Below, in pieces: positions 11,480-24,153 of a stretch of DNA of 64,000 bases. Origin of the DNA: Salpingoeca rosetta (taxonomy: Eukaryota; Protista; Choanoflagellata); NCBI GenBank assembly GCA_033442325.1, contig JAWQFM010000006.1:2025386-2089385 (forward strand), given 5' to 3'. Within the stretch, counting starts at the first letter, position 1, and each line of letters begins with the position of its first letter. The position numbers and the translations under genes are program-made. A model generated the notes under the pieces. The model did no database searches. It was not told where the DNA came from and saw only the letters and a list, made by a program, of their open reading frames with translations.

Positions 11480-11518
11480 TCAAAAAGAAAGCCCACAATG
11501 GCCAGGTACCATTGGGCG

Positions 11519-11560
<42 letters not shown>

Positions 11561-12829
11561 CGTGAGGGTGTGGATTGGAAAAGCTCCAACAAGAGGCAGC
11601 GCAGGCTGTCATGCACAGCGCACAGGCAAGCCACTCACAGACAACCAACGCGGCTCGCCATCCTCGTTGATTCAGCAGCATGCAATCTCGAATCACCAGC
11701 AGATGTCTACGGGATAATCCAAACCGTTTGTTGGATGGAGCTTCTCGCTTCGCCCAGCATATCAGGCTGTCGACCCCCTGTACCGCCAACACAGAATGTG
11801 ACACAGTCGATGGGATGAGTTGTGGGCGACCGCGGTCGGTTGGAAGCCAAGACCTGCATATTACGAAGCGAGGGCATGTGGCAAAGAGAAATACACACAC
11901 ACACACACGCACGCACACACACACACACACACGCACACACGCACGCATGAAAGCACAAGCAGGAGCCAGACAGTACAAGCCCCTCCGCCCAAGCCACACA
12001 CCTACATCGTAGGAGCTGGTGGCGAAGTCAGACGTGCGTTGGAGACGCACCAGCCAGAAGTTGACCAGCTTGTCGTCAAGAAGCTAGTTGCCATGAAGTC
12101 TGGCAATGGATGTGTTGGACGTTAAGGCGGAGATGACCACAAGGCAGCCACGATCGCGAACAAGGGGGCAAACAGAAAACAAGACATGGGCTGATGAGAT
12201 GACGCAAGCACCGTGACCCTAGCTCGAACCTGATGTAGCTGCGGTCGAGGGTCTGCGGTTTGCCAACACCAACAACGACCATCACTTCCTTGCTCATCCA
12301 GCGGGTGTGATTGCGGCCCAGCTTCTCGTTATGGCGCGGTGCTGGTTGCGTGAGAGAGAGAGAGAGAGAGAGTGTGTGTGTGTGTGTGTGCGTGAGAGAG
12401 AATGAGAGTGTGTGTGTGTGTGTGTGCGGGTGAGACAGAGAGAGAGTGTGTGTGTTCATGTTTGTATGTGTGTGCGCGACGTGTGGTGGCGAGTCTATCA
12501 ACCACAACCTCTGTGCAGGTGGGTGTAACACTTGTGCGGTTGGTTTTTGCGGAACGAACCTTTGTGGTCTGCGCTGTCGGGCTCAGCGGCGTTTCCGCCT
12601 CAGCATTAGTGGGGCGAAGTGCGCGCGCTGCTGCCGTTGACGTTGCTGTCTCGCTGCAACAGTTTGTTCGCGTACACACACGTCCTGCGGTTGTTGGTGA
12701 TGCCTTCTTCTAATACATAGCCCGCGCCGTGCTTCCCTCGGGCGAGGGTGTGCATGCTGGCTGTAAACTGTTCGAATCAAACCATGCACACGTGCACAGA
12801 GACACAGAAGGAGTGACGGGAGTGCCGCG

Positions 12830-13954
12830 CTCATGCAGGTGAATTCAGGAGCACACCACCGTGCAAGCGAGGTGCTGGCCGGATCCAAAGCCTCACCCCA
12901 TCCGGTATTGGGATGCCAAGGACACTCAGGCTATAAGTGTGCTCCTTGAACAGCTCAGCCCGCACTCGGCCACACTCAGGCAGCGTCACGACACACAGAG
13001 CTGGACAGTACCCAACGGATTTGGTGCCTTTTGCGTCGGTTCACCGCGAGTACACGCCGATACATCCAACACGTGAGTGCATGCACATTGGGGAAACAAA
13101 CAAAAAAAAAGGAACATCAAGATACAGGCAAACGAAGGTCACAGCACCCTAAAACAACAATGCAGCGCACCCCAGGTTGTTGGTGTCCTCCGCTTGAGAT
13201 CAGTCCATGGCTCATTCGTGTAGGACGCATATGTCGTCTCCTGTTCATCGAGCAGCCACGCCGCGAAGGCGTTCAGGGTTCTGAAATGGCGCATATCCAC
13301 CACTGACACAAGCACAGCGATGGGCGTGAATGAGTGGGAGGGGTGCATCGGATGCGCATGTATGTGGCCCGACACACACAAGCACACAGAAACCAGGGTG
13401 ACATGAACGAGAACACGAGAGCAGTCAAAGGCGGCAAAGGACGCACCCGTTTCATGGTATGAAGGATGGTTGCTTTGGATATGTGCCACAAGCTGTGCGC
13501 AGCTCGGAAACCCGCCACAGTCACAGTTCACGCAAACAAACGTGTCCCTCGTCTGTTGTGAACAGCATATGCAACGCAACATGCAAGTGTGTGCCAGTTG
13601 TGAGCACAAAAAGGTTGTGTGGCTGTGCCAGCAAAGGCAGCGCCAACATAAAACAGGCATTGGGGGACAGAGGCAAGCGCGGGCAAGTACCTTGTACTCG
13701 TCTTCATGCGCCTTTGACTTTCGAATGTGATCCTTGAGGTGTCGAACAGACCTGCACGTCTTGTTGCACTTCTCGCAGCGGTGAGGACCAGAACCACTAC
13801 CAACGTTGACAACTTGCACCAAGGCCAGAAGGGATGGGATTTCGGTGAGGTCGTGTGTGACCTTGATGTGGTCGATCAGCCGTGAGACATTGCCGGTGGC
13901 CTCAGTGAAGCTGCAAGCGACGTGGGGACATTGCCTCGTCAAGGTCGTGCTCAT
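12830..13954 (-). pseudogene. Decayed C2H2 zinc-finger / Mutator(MULE)-like transposase N-terminal fragment
   Basis: Three C2H2-like fingers (CPHVAC..HIKVTH, CEKC..HIRKSKAH, CVNCDC..HIQSNH). These are followed by HFRTLNAFAAWLLDEQETTYASY and, in a later exon, GTKSVGYCPALCVVTLPECGRVRAELFKEH...IPIPDGVRLWI, which resembles the FAR1/WRKY-like DNA-binding region of MULE transposases. There is an in-frame TGA near 13042 and no DDE domain follows. Confidence 0.55.
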
Positions 13955-14268
13955 TTTGGGTGGTGGTGTGCAGTGGGAAATGGCCGTTTCAAGAAGGAAG
14001 CGCGAGTTGGCGGGTGGTTGGAGGGGGCCTTTGCAAGTGCAATTCAGCGCTGCAACATGTGCCGTCGCGAGCTACAGCGGTTCTTGGCAATGTCTTGCCA
14101 CAGTGCTCAAAACTCCCACAATTTGGCACTAGGGTCCCCCGCCCCAAAAACGTCGCACGACAGCAAAAAATAACCCTGCACGAATTCGCTAATTGTGCAT
14201 CAGATCCCAAATTTTGTCGGGAAGAACGCAGCGGCAAACGAATGGTATGAGAGCGGCGTGCTTGTCTG

Positions 14269-14309
<41 letters not shown>

Positions 14310-14857
14310 GGGAGCGAGCGGTTGCTGGTGGCGGTGGAATGAATGGGATGGCTGGCTGATGGCCTGGCTGAATGGGTGCTGAAGGTGGTGGTTGTGGTGC
14401 AATGTTGTTGGGGAACCGCAAGCAAGAAGCATGCTTTCTGGCCTGGTTGGCCTCTGTGTGTGTGTGTGTGGTTGTTCGTTGTCGTTTGTGTTGTCGTTTT
14501 TCGTTGCCGTCGTCTGCCACATCACGCATCACATCGATTCGTGTTCATCACGTCAATCAATTCATCGTTCGCTGTGCTCGAGCACAGCTTCGTTTGCTTC
14601 CTCCCCTTCCTTCTTTGGGCACTCTTCACCTCACACCAGGTCGCACACACACACACACACACACACACACGGCACGCAGCAGGGGTGATTGCCGTAGATT
14701 GGTTGCTGTTGCCGTTACGAAGAGAGAAGGAAAGACGGCAATCAAGCAGAACCAGAAGAATAAGAAGAAGCACAAGACGCACAAGACACACTGCAAGTGA
14801 CGTCGCACGACTCCCTGAAACGCTGTACCGTTTGCCAACACAACCTCACCAAAGCAA

Positions 14858-14962
14858 GCAACAGGCAACAGGCAACAGGCAACAGGCAACAGGCAACAGG
14901 CAACAGGCAACAGGCAACAGGCAACAGGCAACAGGCAACAGGCAACAGGCAACAGGCAACAA
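14858..14962. repeat. (GGCAACA)n heptamer tandem repeat, about 14-15 copies, immediately 5' of the ATG at 14974
   Basis: Directly visible. Confidence 0.95.
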
Positions 14963-14973
14963 CGCCCTTCGCC

Positions 14974-15930
14974 ATGGCATTGCAGGTCGAGCCATGGCAC
15001 ATTGTGGCCTTCACCATTGGAGGCCTGGCTTTTGTGATGGGCGTGGCTCTGATTGTGGTGTACTGCTGCTGCAACTCACGCAGACGACGGCAAAAGTCGC
15101 CCGGCAGCCCGCCCAGCCACCGCCTCCTGACAAAGGACCACGTGGTCAACGACATGGCGGAAACCCCAGCCATGTTCCAGGAAGGCAAGCAGAAGAGCAA
15201 CCCGCTCTTCTCCCGCCACTCGTCCATCATGTCGTCAGACTCCAACGCCTCCATTGGCGGGCTCTCCCAGTCCAACGCGAGCATGGAAGCGTCCAGGGAC
15301 CACGTTACCGACCAGGAGGTGCTGCTGCCCGTGCCCGAGGCGTCTTCCTCGGAGTCCACCAGCGCCACCACGGGCACACAGGACACCGCACACGACGCGG
15401 GCGAGGAGCTCGAGGTCACCACGGGGTTTGCTGCCGTCTTATCCCCAGCAGAGCGGCAGCAGCAACAACAACAGGAACAGCAGGGAGGACGCCATGCTGG
15501 GGCGGCTGAGGCGACAGCCAACTCGTCCGTGCCGACAGCCACTACAGCGACAACGACGGCAGATGAGGGTGCGTCACGCACATCCCACTTGTCACAGCCA
15601 TCACCATCACGCCCCCTGCAGTCTCCAGACAGGCCCCAGTCCCCTCCCATTCACATCGTCACGTCGCCTGGTGGTGGGCAGCATCAGCAGCAGCAACAAC
15701 AGACGAGGGCAACAGAGTCACACGCACACGACAGCAGCAACGGCGCAAGCGGCAGCGATGGTGCGAGCGACCAGCCACCAGCACAACCTTCCGAGAATGA
15801 CCGCGCCGCCAAGCTGCGAGCCATGCGAGAGGCACGTGCCAGGAGGAAGAAGGACGAGTGGGCAACGCTGGAGGAATCCCTCGCCATCATCGACAGAATA
15901 TACAAGGACGTCATCGTGTCTGATGTCTAG
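14974..15930 (+). CDS. Intronless single-pass membrane protein with juxtamembrane CCC cluster, disordered tail and C-terminal class I PDZ-ligand-like motif (-IVSDV)
   Basis: gccATGg start; hydrophobic IVAFTIGGLAFVMGVALIVVY followed by CCCNSRRRRQK; long open frame with coding-like composition; ends DVIVSDV*. Confidence 0.75.
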   Translation: MALQVEPWHIVAFTIGGLAFVMGVALIVVYCCCNSRRRRQKSPGSPPSHRLLTKDHVVNDMAETPAMFQEGKQKSNPLFSRHSSIMSSDSNASIGGLSQSNASMEASRDHVTDQEVLLPVPEASSSESTSATTGTQDTAHDAGEELEVTTGFAAVLSPAERQQQQQQEQQGGRHAGAAEATANSSVPTATTATTTADEGASRTSHLSQPSPSRPLQSPDRPQSPPIHIVTSPGGGQHQQQQQQTRATESHAHDSSNGASGSDGASDQPPAQPSENDRAAKLRAMREARARRKKDEWATLEESLAIIDRIYKDVIVSDV

Positions 15931-16258
15931 TTTTGTGTGTGTGTGTATGTGGGTGTGTTGATGTAGTGTGTATGTGGGTGTGTTGATGTAGTGTGTATGT
16001 GGGTGTGTTGATGTGTTTGTGTGTACAGGTGTGTACAGGTGTGTACAGGTGTGTTTGTGTGTACAGATGTGTGTGTGTGTGTACAGATGTGTTTGTGCGT
16101 GTTTTCGCGTGCGTATTGGTCCGCTGATAACAGTGAACAGCAATGCGTTTTGGCCTTGCCGTGCGCTGTGCTTGCTTGCGTGTGCTTTGCGTTGCTGTGT
16201 GCCGGTCGCCATTGTCGACACCAAGCATGGCAGCTGCGACAACTTACATTCCCCCCTC

Positions 16259-16291
<33 letters not shown>

Positions 16292-16897
16292 GCACGCACG
16301 CACGCATGCACGCATACGTCTGGTTTGCATGTTAGCCCTTGCTTGCTGTCTCCTCTCTACGTCTCTTTCTCTTTTTGTTTGTATACTTTTCCCATTCCGC
16401 ATCATGTACCATTTGCCCAATTCATTCATTCACTCCTTGGTTTGTTTGTTTGTTTGTTTCATCTTCGTTGCGCTCTTGAGAGTCCCTGCCCCTGTCCACC
16501 TGCGTTTGCATGCCGTTGTCACTTTCCCTCGCCACCATACTGCCTCGTTGTGCTTCGCTCTGTCTTCCGCACCTTTGTTTGGGATGTTGATTCTCACTCG
16601 GCTTATCTGCGTGTAGCTGACCCTTCCGCCCCCCACCCACTTGTCTTTAGTTGGTCGATCCATAAACGCCCGAACGCAATGGCAGGATGAGAGACGGAGG
16701 TGGAGGGGGAATGGAGGAATATAGGGACGGCGCAATGGAAGGGGTGGAGGAATGGGTGGATGGATAGAGTGGAGTGGCACAGAGATAGGCAGATACCCAG
16801 ATGGACAGACAGACACACACACACACACAGACACACAGACACACACACATACACACACACACAACACACACACAGACACACACACACACGACACACG

Positions 16898-16928
<31 letters not shown>

Positions 16929-17201
16929 TTTGCATGGTTCATTCTGACGGTAGATTGAGCCTGGCAGAGTGTAAACTGGCTGATGGAAGGGTCCTCCGCG
17001 TCGGACGCGTCTTCGCTCCTCATTTATGTATAAATGGGAGTTCGCATAAATCATAAAGGGTGACCAGTGACCGAGATGAGTTATGCCCGTGGATGCCCGC
17101 CAGCAATAGACTCTCAGCTAGGTGCATATCGATCCTCGGGTGCAATACGAATCGTAACCTGAGTTGATTAAGACACACACACACACACACCACCACCACC
17201 A

Positions 17202-17290
<89 letters not shown>

Positions 17291-17775
17291 ACAAGCCCCC
17301 CCTCCAATACACACCCACAACCCATTCGTTGAGCGTACGATGTGGTCAATTTATAGGGCAGCCTTTGATGCGAATAAACGCTCAAGCAATGCGGCGCAAA
17401 AGAACAACAGCATGCTTGCAAGCAAACAAAAAGGGTAAAGAAAAGGAAGAGTAAGAAGGCAAGGCGGGACTCATGCGAAACAACAGACAAGAGAGTGACA
17501 ATGCGAAAAAGAAGGGAAGGGAAGAATGAAACGAGCAGGGGACCGTCATAAACGTGTGTTTAGTGTTGTAATGTAACGGAAACCATCCAAGCACAGGCCT
17601 TGACGGGAAGCAAACTAAAAGAAAGAGCGGGGGAGGGGGGGTTGCAAAAGGGTTTGGCAAGTGCAACCATGCCAACAGCATGGCGTTCGCATGGCAATCC
17701 CCTCAACACGCCCGACATCGCTACCAGCACACTCGCAGCTCCTGAGTGATTTGGACACACGGGGACAAACTAATA

Positions 17776-17816
<41 letters not shown>

Positions 17817-17859
17817 GCTACACGAACCACAAGAACAAGAGGAGCGGCTGCTGTTGTGG

Positions 17860-19697
17860 TCATACGGTAACCTGCCGTTGTCTGCGCCCGACAACGTAAC
17901 CGCCCCTGCGCGCCTGCCTGCCTGCACCGTTGCCATTGCCGTTTGCGTGCGCGGTTGTGACAGCGGCCATGTGCTGACTGTACTCCGTGCTGCCGTGGTA
18001 CGACTCGTTGAGCCCGCCGCCCTCAGACTCGTCCATGGCCTGCAGCAGCATGGACGCGCCCTCACGGCTGCTGAGCCGGGCCAGGTGCTCAGCAAGCTTC
18101 TCCATCTCTGCGCGGTCCTCGCCAAACACCTCGGGGTGGCCCGAGCGCGCGACGAGGAGCTCAAACTCGAGGTCGCGGATGGAGCGGCGCAGCGTGTCGT
18201 GGTCCTCCTGCAGCTTCATCACATAGTCCCGCGTCTCCTGCAGCAGCACCCGGTCCGCCACATTCCGGTCGTGCGCAATCGACGGCGTCACCTGCTGGCA
18301 GCGCAGGAAGCACTGGCGCAGGTTCTTGCGCCGGCTCCGCTCGCGCTCTGTGTTTATGCGTATTTTTGTTGTGGGGGAGGGGGTTGTGAGTGAGGTGGTG
18401 AGGCGATAGGGGAGAGAGGGAGATGCGTGTATGTATGTATGTGAAACAAGGACGCAGTTCGACAGACAGAGAGAAACGCGGTCGCACGCAAACACACGCA
18501 CACGCACACATGTACACGCACACATGTACACGCACACACACCACACACACACACACACACCACACACACGCATACATTCACACACACATATACACATACA
18601 CAGCACACACACACACACCCACACCCACACACACACGTACCACACATGCACACACATTCCCCCCCCCCCCAACAACACAAGCACACGTGACACGGGCTGT
18701 GGCTCTTACCGTTGTGGCAGACGCGGCGGGAGCGCGGGTGGGTGCCGTCGTCGTCGTCGTCGTCATCATCGTCGCCGGCGTTGTCCTCGTCGCTGCCAGA
18801 GTCTGGCTGCACGGGCTCCTCCACTTTGCTCTTGGACCGGCTGCCGCGCGGCCTGGAGCCGTTTCGCGAGCTGCGGCGCGCCCGCGGCGTCCCTGCCTTT
18901 GTCGGCGTCACCTCCATCGCGCCCGGGCTCGGGGCGTACATGGGCACCTGCAACGTGTGTGCGCGCGGACGGCCCATGGCCCCATCGCCAACCACCGCCT
19001 CGTCCTTTGGGTGCTGCTGCTCGTGTGAGAGCTTGGAGCGCGTGCGCACGCCGCCGTTGGTAGCCGTGGGGTGGGGCCCGGGGCTGCTGGCCGTGGTGGT
19101 GACGGCGATGGTGGTGGCCGGGCTCATCGACAGGTCGTGCAGGTGCTGCGAGATGTGGTCCGCGGTGATTGGCGACGCGGTGGCGCGGGTGGTTGCCTTG
19201 AGGTATGCCTTGGTCTGGTCGCGGCGCAGCGGTACGCCCTTGGGCGCAATGGGCAGGCTCGATGCCCGCGCCCGCGACAGGCTGCCGGCCCGCCGGCGGG
19301 TGCTCGTCGTCATTGCATCGCCTTCTTCAAGCAGTTGTGTGGCTATGGGGGTCTTGCTGCGCGCCTGTTGGCTGTTGGTTACAGCGTCATGTCCGTTGCC
19401 GTTGCCGTCGGCATGTCCATTCGCATGCGCATTCGCATGGCCATTTGCGTGGCCATTTGCGTGGCCATTTGCATGCTGTTGCTGGGCGAACAGCTGTTGT
19501 TGTTGCTGCTGGTAGGCGGCTGGGGCCTGAAATGCACCGGGCACGAGCTGCTGGTTGTGAAACTGCTGCTGTGGGGCGGCGGCCTGCTTGAAGGGCTGAA
19601 ACTGGGAGGAGGCAGAGTGCACGCCGCCGTTGGGGACGTTGGGGACTACGCCTCGGTGTTGGGTGGCAACGGCATCTTGACTGCTCTCAGCAGACAT
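17860..19697 (-). CDS. bHLH-leucine zipper transcription factor of the Myc/Max network (Mxd/Mnt-like); exons 19697-18710, 18347-17860
   Basis: A GT-AG splice gives RRVCHNERERSRRKNLRQCFLRCQQVTP...DRVLLQETRDYVMKLQEDHDTLRRSIRDL, i.e. an H-E-R basic region, HLH and zipper. Confidence 0.8.
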
Positions 19698-20130
19698 GGC
19701 ACAACAACGCCTGCAGAGAGGGAGGCAGGGAGGGGGGAGGAAGACGAGAGGTGTGTTGTGGTGTTGGGGCGAGGAGGTGGTGTTTGGGCGAGGTGGTGAG
19801 CAAAAGTGTTGGCAAAGTCAGTGCAAATGCAATGTGTCGACAAATGAGACATGGAGCAGTCAGAGAGGAGGAGGAGGAGGACGGAACATGACACTCTATC
19901 CACTCGGGGTGGGGGGGGGGTTGCTAACCGATGCATGTGTGTCGCCGACACACAGGTGAACAACAGAAAACAATGAACAGAGCAAACCAGAAAGAACAAA
20001 AGGGCAAGCAGCCAGCAGGAAAGAGAGAGGAGGGGGGGGGGGAGGCGGACACAAGACACGTGGTCGCGTACGCCCATGTGTGTGGCTGAACAAACACACT
20101 CAGGCAGACAGACAGACAGACAGACAGGCA

Positions 20131-20200
<70 letters not shown>

Positions 20201-22641
20201 GTGTACCTGTGTTGTGAAGGGGGGGGGGTTGTTGAGAAGGGTCACTCAGGCACGCTTGTGGCTTGCTGTGTCGAACGTTGTGGTCAAACGCGTGCGAAGA
20301 GGCTGGGAAAGGCAGCAACGAAAAGGGTGCAGCTGAGGTTGTCGTGTTCGGGATGCGTGAGGTGAAGAGGCACGTGGCAAGGTCCGGGTGGTTTGTTTGC
20401 TTGCTCGCGCTCACAACAACAAAGCCAACAAAAAAAATTCAAAGCCCACAAGCGACTATGAAAGTCATGAACAGGGTAGATGGGATGCACAAGACCATGC
20501 ATGGGAACGCGTTTGAACCAGTGTGTGTGGTTGTTTGGGGGGGGGGGGATTGGGGACGGACAGAACGGGGGGAGGACAATGTGGTGTGTGGGTGTGCGGG
20601 TGTGGTGGAATGTGAGTCGATGGTGGTTCTTGTTGAGGGAGCACATGGCACAACGGCACAGGCACAACGGCACAGTCATAGCACGTGCATCTGCATCGAC
20701 CCACAGACACACACACAGGCACAGAAACAGACAGACACACACACACACACACAGACACACAGACACAGACACACACAAACACAAACAAACACACTCGACA
20801 AACACACTCGACAAACACACTCGACAAACACACTCGACAAACACAAACAAACAAGCCACAAAGACAACCACACCCACCCACCCACAAACATACTTGTCGA
20901 TAGGGGGTGATGTGCTTGCAGGCAGGCAGATTTGCTGAGCTGGAGCGTGTGTTGTGGTGTGCTGCGGGAATTGAGCAAGGCAGGGGCAAGAAACACGAAG
21001 AGACCAAATAAACAACACAAACAGCAGCGGTCGACATGCGTGAGTTTGGTTCGACAGGACAAGCCAGGCACGTGATGATGGCTGAAGATGACTAACAAAG
21101 CAAGCAAACAAGCAAGAATGCGTGTCACATCGGCAAACAGGCAAGCACACCGGCACGCACATGGTCAGCGAAGATGGAGCGAGAAAAAAAGAAACAACAC
21201 AGGCACCCACAAAAAGTGTTTGTTCCCCGTCTTTACTCGCACCTGCTTGGGAAAGGACCGTTGGACACGTGTGTGTGTATGTGTCGCGCTGTGAAGTGTG
21301 TGCGATGTTAATGTGTTGATGTGCTGGGGTGAGTGCATGGGAAATCACGAACGAACGAACGAACCAAACAAACACGAGCAAGCAAGAAGGCAAGTCAAAG
21401 ATAGCAAGCATGCGTGAGCGCGACAAACAACAAACAAACCAAAACAAAGGGAAGGAAGGAGGACGTGAACAAACAGAGCAAGCAAAAGCGCTGAGCACAA
21501 TCAGCGTCATGACAGGGGAAACCAGTTGCCCGCTCGCTCACCAAGGACAAAAAACAAAAGTGAAGGAGTTCCTGCGTGGGTATGTAGCGGGGGGGGGAGG
21601 AAGAAGGAGAGAGGAAGGAGAGGAAGGAGAGGGCGAAACAACTGTTTGTTTGCTCGTCGTGGGGGTGTGTGTATGTGCGTGTGTGGAGAGCGCGTGCATG
21701 TGTGTGGCATGTGGTTGTGTTTATGTGCGCGCCACGCACACATGCACACGCACACACACAAGGCCACAGCGAAAGCCAAGCATCCAAACAAAACACAAAC
21801 ACGAGGCAACGACGCAAGCAAGCAAGGCAACGTGGGCGTGTGTGTGTGGAGGAGGAGGCGGGGCAGCAGCAACAAGCAAACAAAACGAGCATGACGAAGA
21901 AGGACATTGCTCACGCACCACGCGGGGCAAAAAAACGGTTTGCCAGGACAGCCGAAACCTAGATCAAAACGAACGATCCACCACCACGTGTTGTTCTTGT
22001 TGCTGCTGCGCTTGCTCGTGCTTGTTGGCCTAATGCGCATACAGGGCGACTTGAAAAGTTCATTTTGCAACGCGTGGGTGGTTGGGTGCGGGAAGTGCAA
22101 CCAAGTCGGTTGGGTGGTGCAATTTGCAACGACCTACACGAAGGAACATGAAAAAAAATAACTGGTGTGACCAAATTGATTCCATGCTTTTTTATGTTAG
22201 TTGTTGACTTTTTTGTTTTGCGTTCGGGGGAGCACTTTTCATGATGTTGAGAGCACTGTTTTGCCGCGGCGCCGGACGAGGTTTGTTGATGGTGGTGGTG
22301 TTCGTGTGCTGCTCGTCATGGTTGCTGCCTGTTGCCTTGTTGGCGATGATGCGTGGTGATGATGATGGTGATGATGACGCCAACACAGACACGCTAGGTC
22401 TCACGGTACTGCCGTGGTGCTGCTGCTGTGCACACATCTGTTGTGTCTGCGTGCAGGGCATTTTTTGCAGCGCAGCTTGGCTCGGACAACAACGACAGCT
22501 CTGCCACGGCGACCACGACCACATCAACTTCAGCACACCGCAGCTTTCTTCGCCACAAGCACACACACAAACGCAAACGCAAAGTCAAACGCAAAGTCAA
22601 ACACAGACGCAGACACACCACCAGCACCAGCACCAGCAGAC

Positions 22642-23005
22642 ATGAGCGACATGGAGTGCACAAAGAAGAAGACGACGGCAAAGAACACGCGGGAAGTTAC
22701 AAACCTGACCCCGGAGGAGCAGCACGACGACAAGACGCGCGCTGGCGTCTCGGAGACATGGGAGCAGATTTGGGCTGATGGCTTGGAGCCTGGACAACGC
22801 TTTGACGCCAGGGGCCCAGCCCCTATCCTCAAGCACCTCCTCGACACCAACGCCCTTCCCAAAGGTGAATGAATGTTATGTGTTGGTGCGTGCGTTTGCT
22901 GGTGATTCTGTGTCTGCTTGTGTTTGTGTCTGCACTTGTGGTTGTGTTTGTGTTTGTATCTGTGTTTTCACTTGCGTTGATGCGTTCAGCGACGTCAAGC
23001 TCATG

Positions 23006-23052
<47 letters not shown>

Positions 23053-23645
23053 ACACAATCACAATCACATACGCACACGCACACACACACACAATCACAC
23101 AATCACACACAATCACACGCACCGCCGTCCCTGGTATTCGTGTTGCCACAACCACAGGGCGTGCGCTGGTGCCTGGGTGCGGGCGGGCATACGCACCGCT
23201 GGAGTTTGCGCGACACGGCTACCAGACGCTCGGCGTGGACCTTGCGCACACGGCCGTCAAGGCCGCACAGGAGTTTGTGGACTCTGTCGAGGACAAGCCG
23301 AAGGAGGGTCTCCTGGAGCTGCGCGCGGCCAACTTCTTTGAGCTGGAGGGCCAGTTTGACGTCATCTACGACTACACGTTCCTGTGTGCGCTGCACCCGA
23401 ACGCGCGCGAGAAGTGGGCCGCGCAGATGCACAAGCTGCTGGCGCCACAGGGGGAGCTGGTCACGCTCATCTTCCCCATTGTGGAGAAGGAGGGCGGCCC
23501 GCCATATGCCATGAGCATGGACCTGGTCAAGTCGCTGCTGGAGCCGCTCGGGTTCACGGCCACAACCCTGGAGATGCTGCCAGACGACATGTGCCATCGC
23601 GGCCGCGAGGAGCGCACCGCCCTCGGCAGATGGGTCAAGAAGTAG
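22642..23645 (+). CDS. SAM-dependent halide/thiocyanate/thiol methyltransferase (TPMT/HOL family); exons 22642-22864, 23158-23645
   Basis: Motifs WEQIW...RFD, LPKGRALVPGCGRAY, GVDL, NFF, FDVIYDYTFLCAL, GELVTLIFPI..GGPPY and terminal GREERTALGRW, as in plant HOL proteins. Confidence 0.9.
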
Positions 23646-23668
23646 CCGTGCGCCCGTGTGTGTGTGTT

Positions 23669-23699
<31 letters not shown>

Positions 23700-24153
23700 T
23701 GTGAGTGAGTGAATGTGTGTTTGTGTTCTGTGTGTGTGTGTGTCTTGTGTGTGTGTGTGTGTGTGTTGTTGTTGNNNNNNNNNNNNNNNNNNNNNNNNNN
23801 NNNNNNNNNNNNNNNNNNNNNNNNNNNNNNNNNNNNNNNNNNNNNNNNNNNNNNNNNNNNNNNNNNNNNNNNNNCCTTTCGACTTGCAGTTGTGCGTGTG
23901 CGTGTGTGTCTGATGACTTGCTTTGAAGTTGTGTGTTGCCGCTCACGCGCAAAAGCAACTTTTGTTGAAGCATTGTACAATCGTCGTTTATTCTTGCTTG
24001 CTTGAGTATGATGTGCGCAGCATATGTACGTAAAGCATAAACCAACCAAACAAAATGCACATGCATGCGGAATAATACAGCACAAACATCAGTACAAGCA
24101 CAAGCAATTTGGCGTGATGGGATGGGATGTGCACAGACCAGCGCAGGGTGTGG

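Noticed and set aside
19700-22600. Long ORFs such as 20284..21510 and the many CVCV/HTHT ORFs across the window
   Set aside because: Artefacts of dinucleotide microsatellites with no protein-like motifs.
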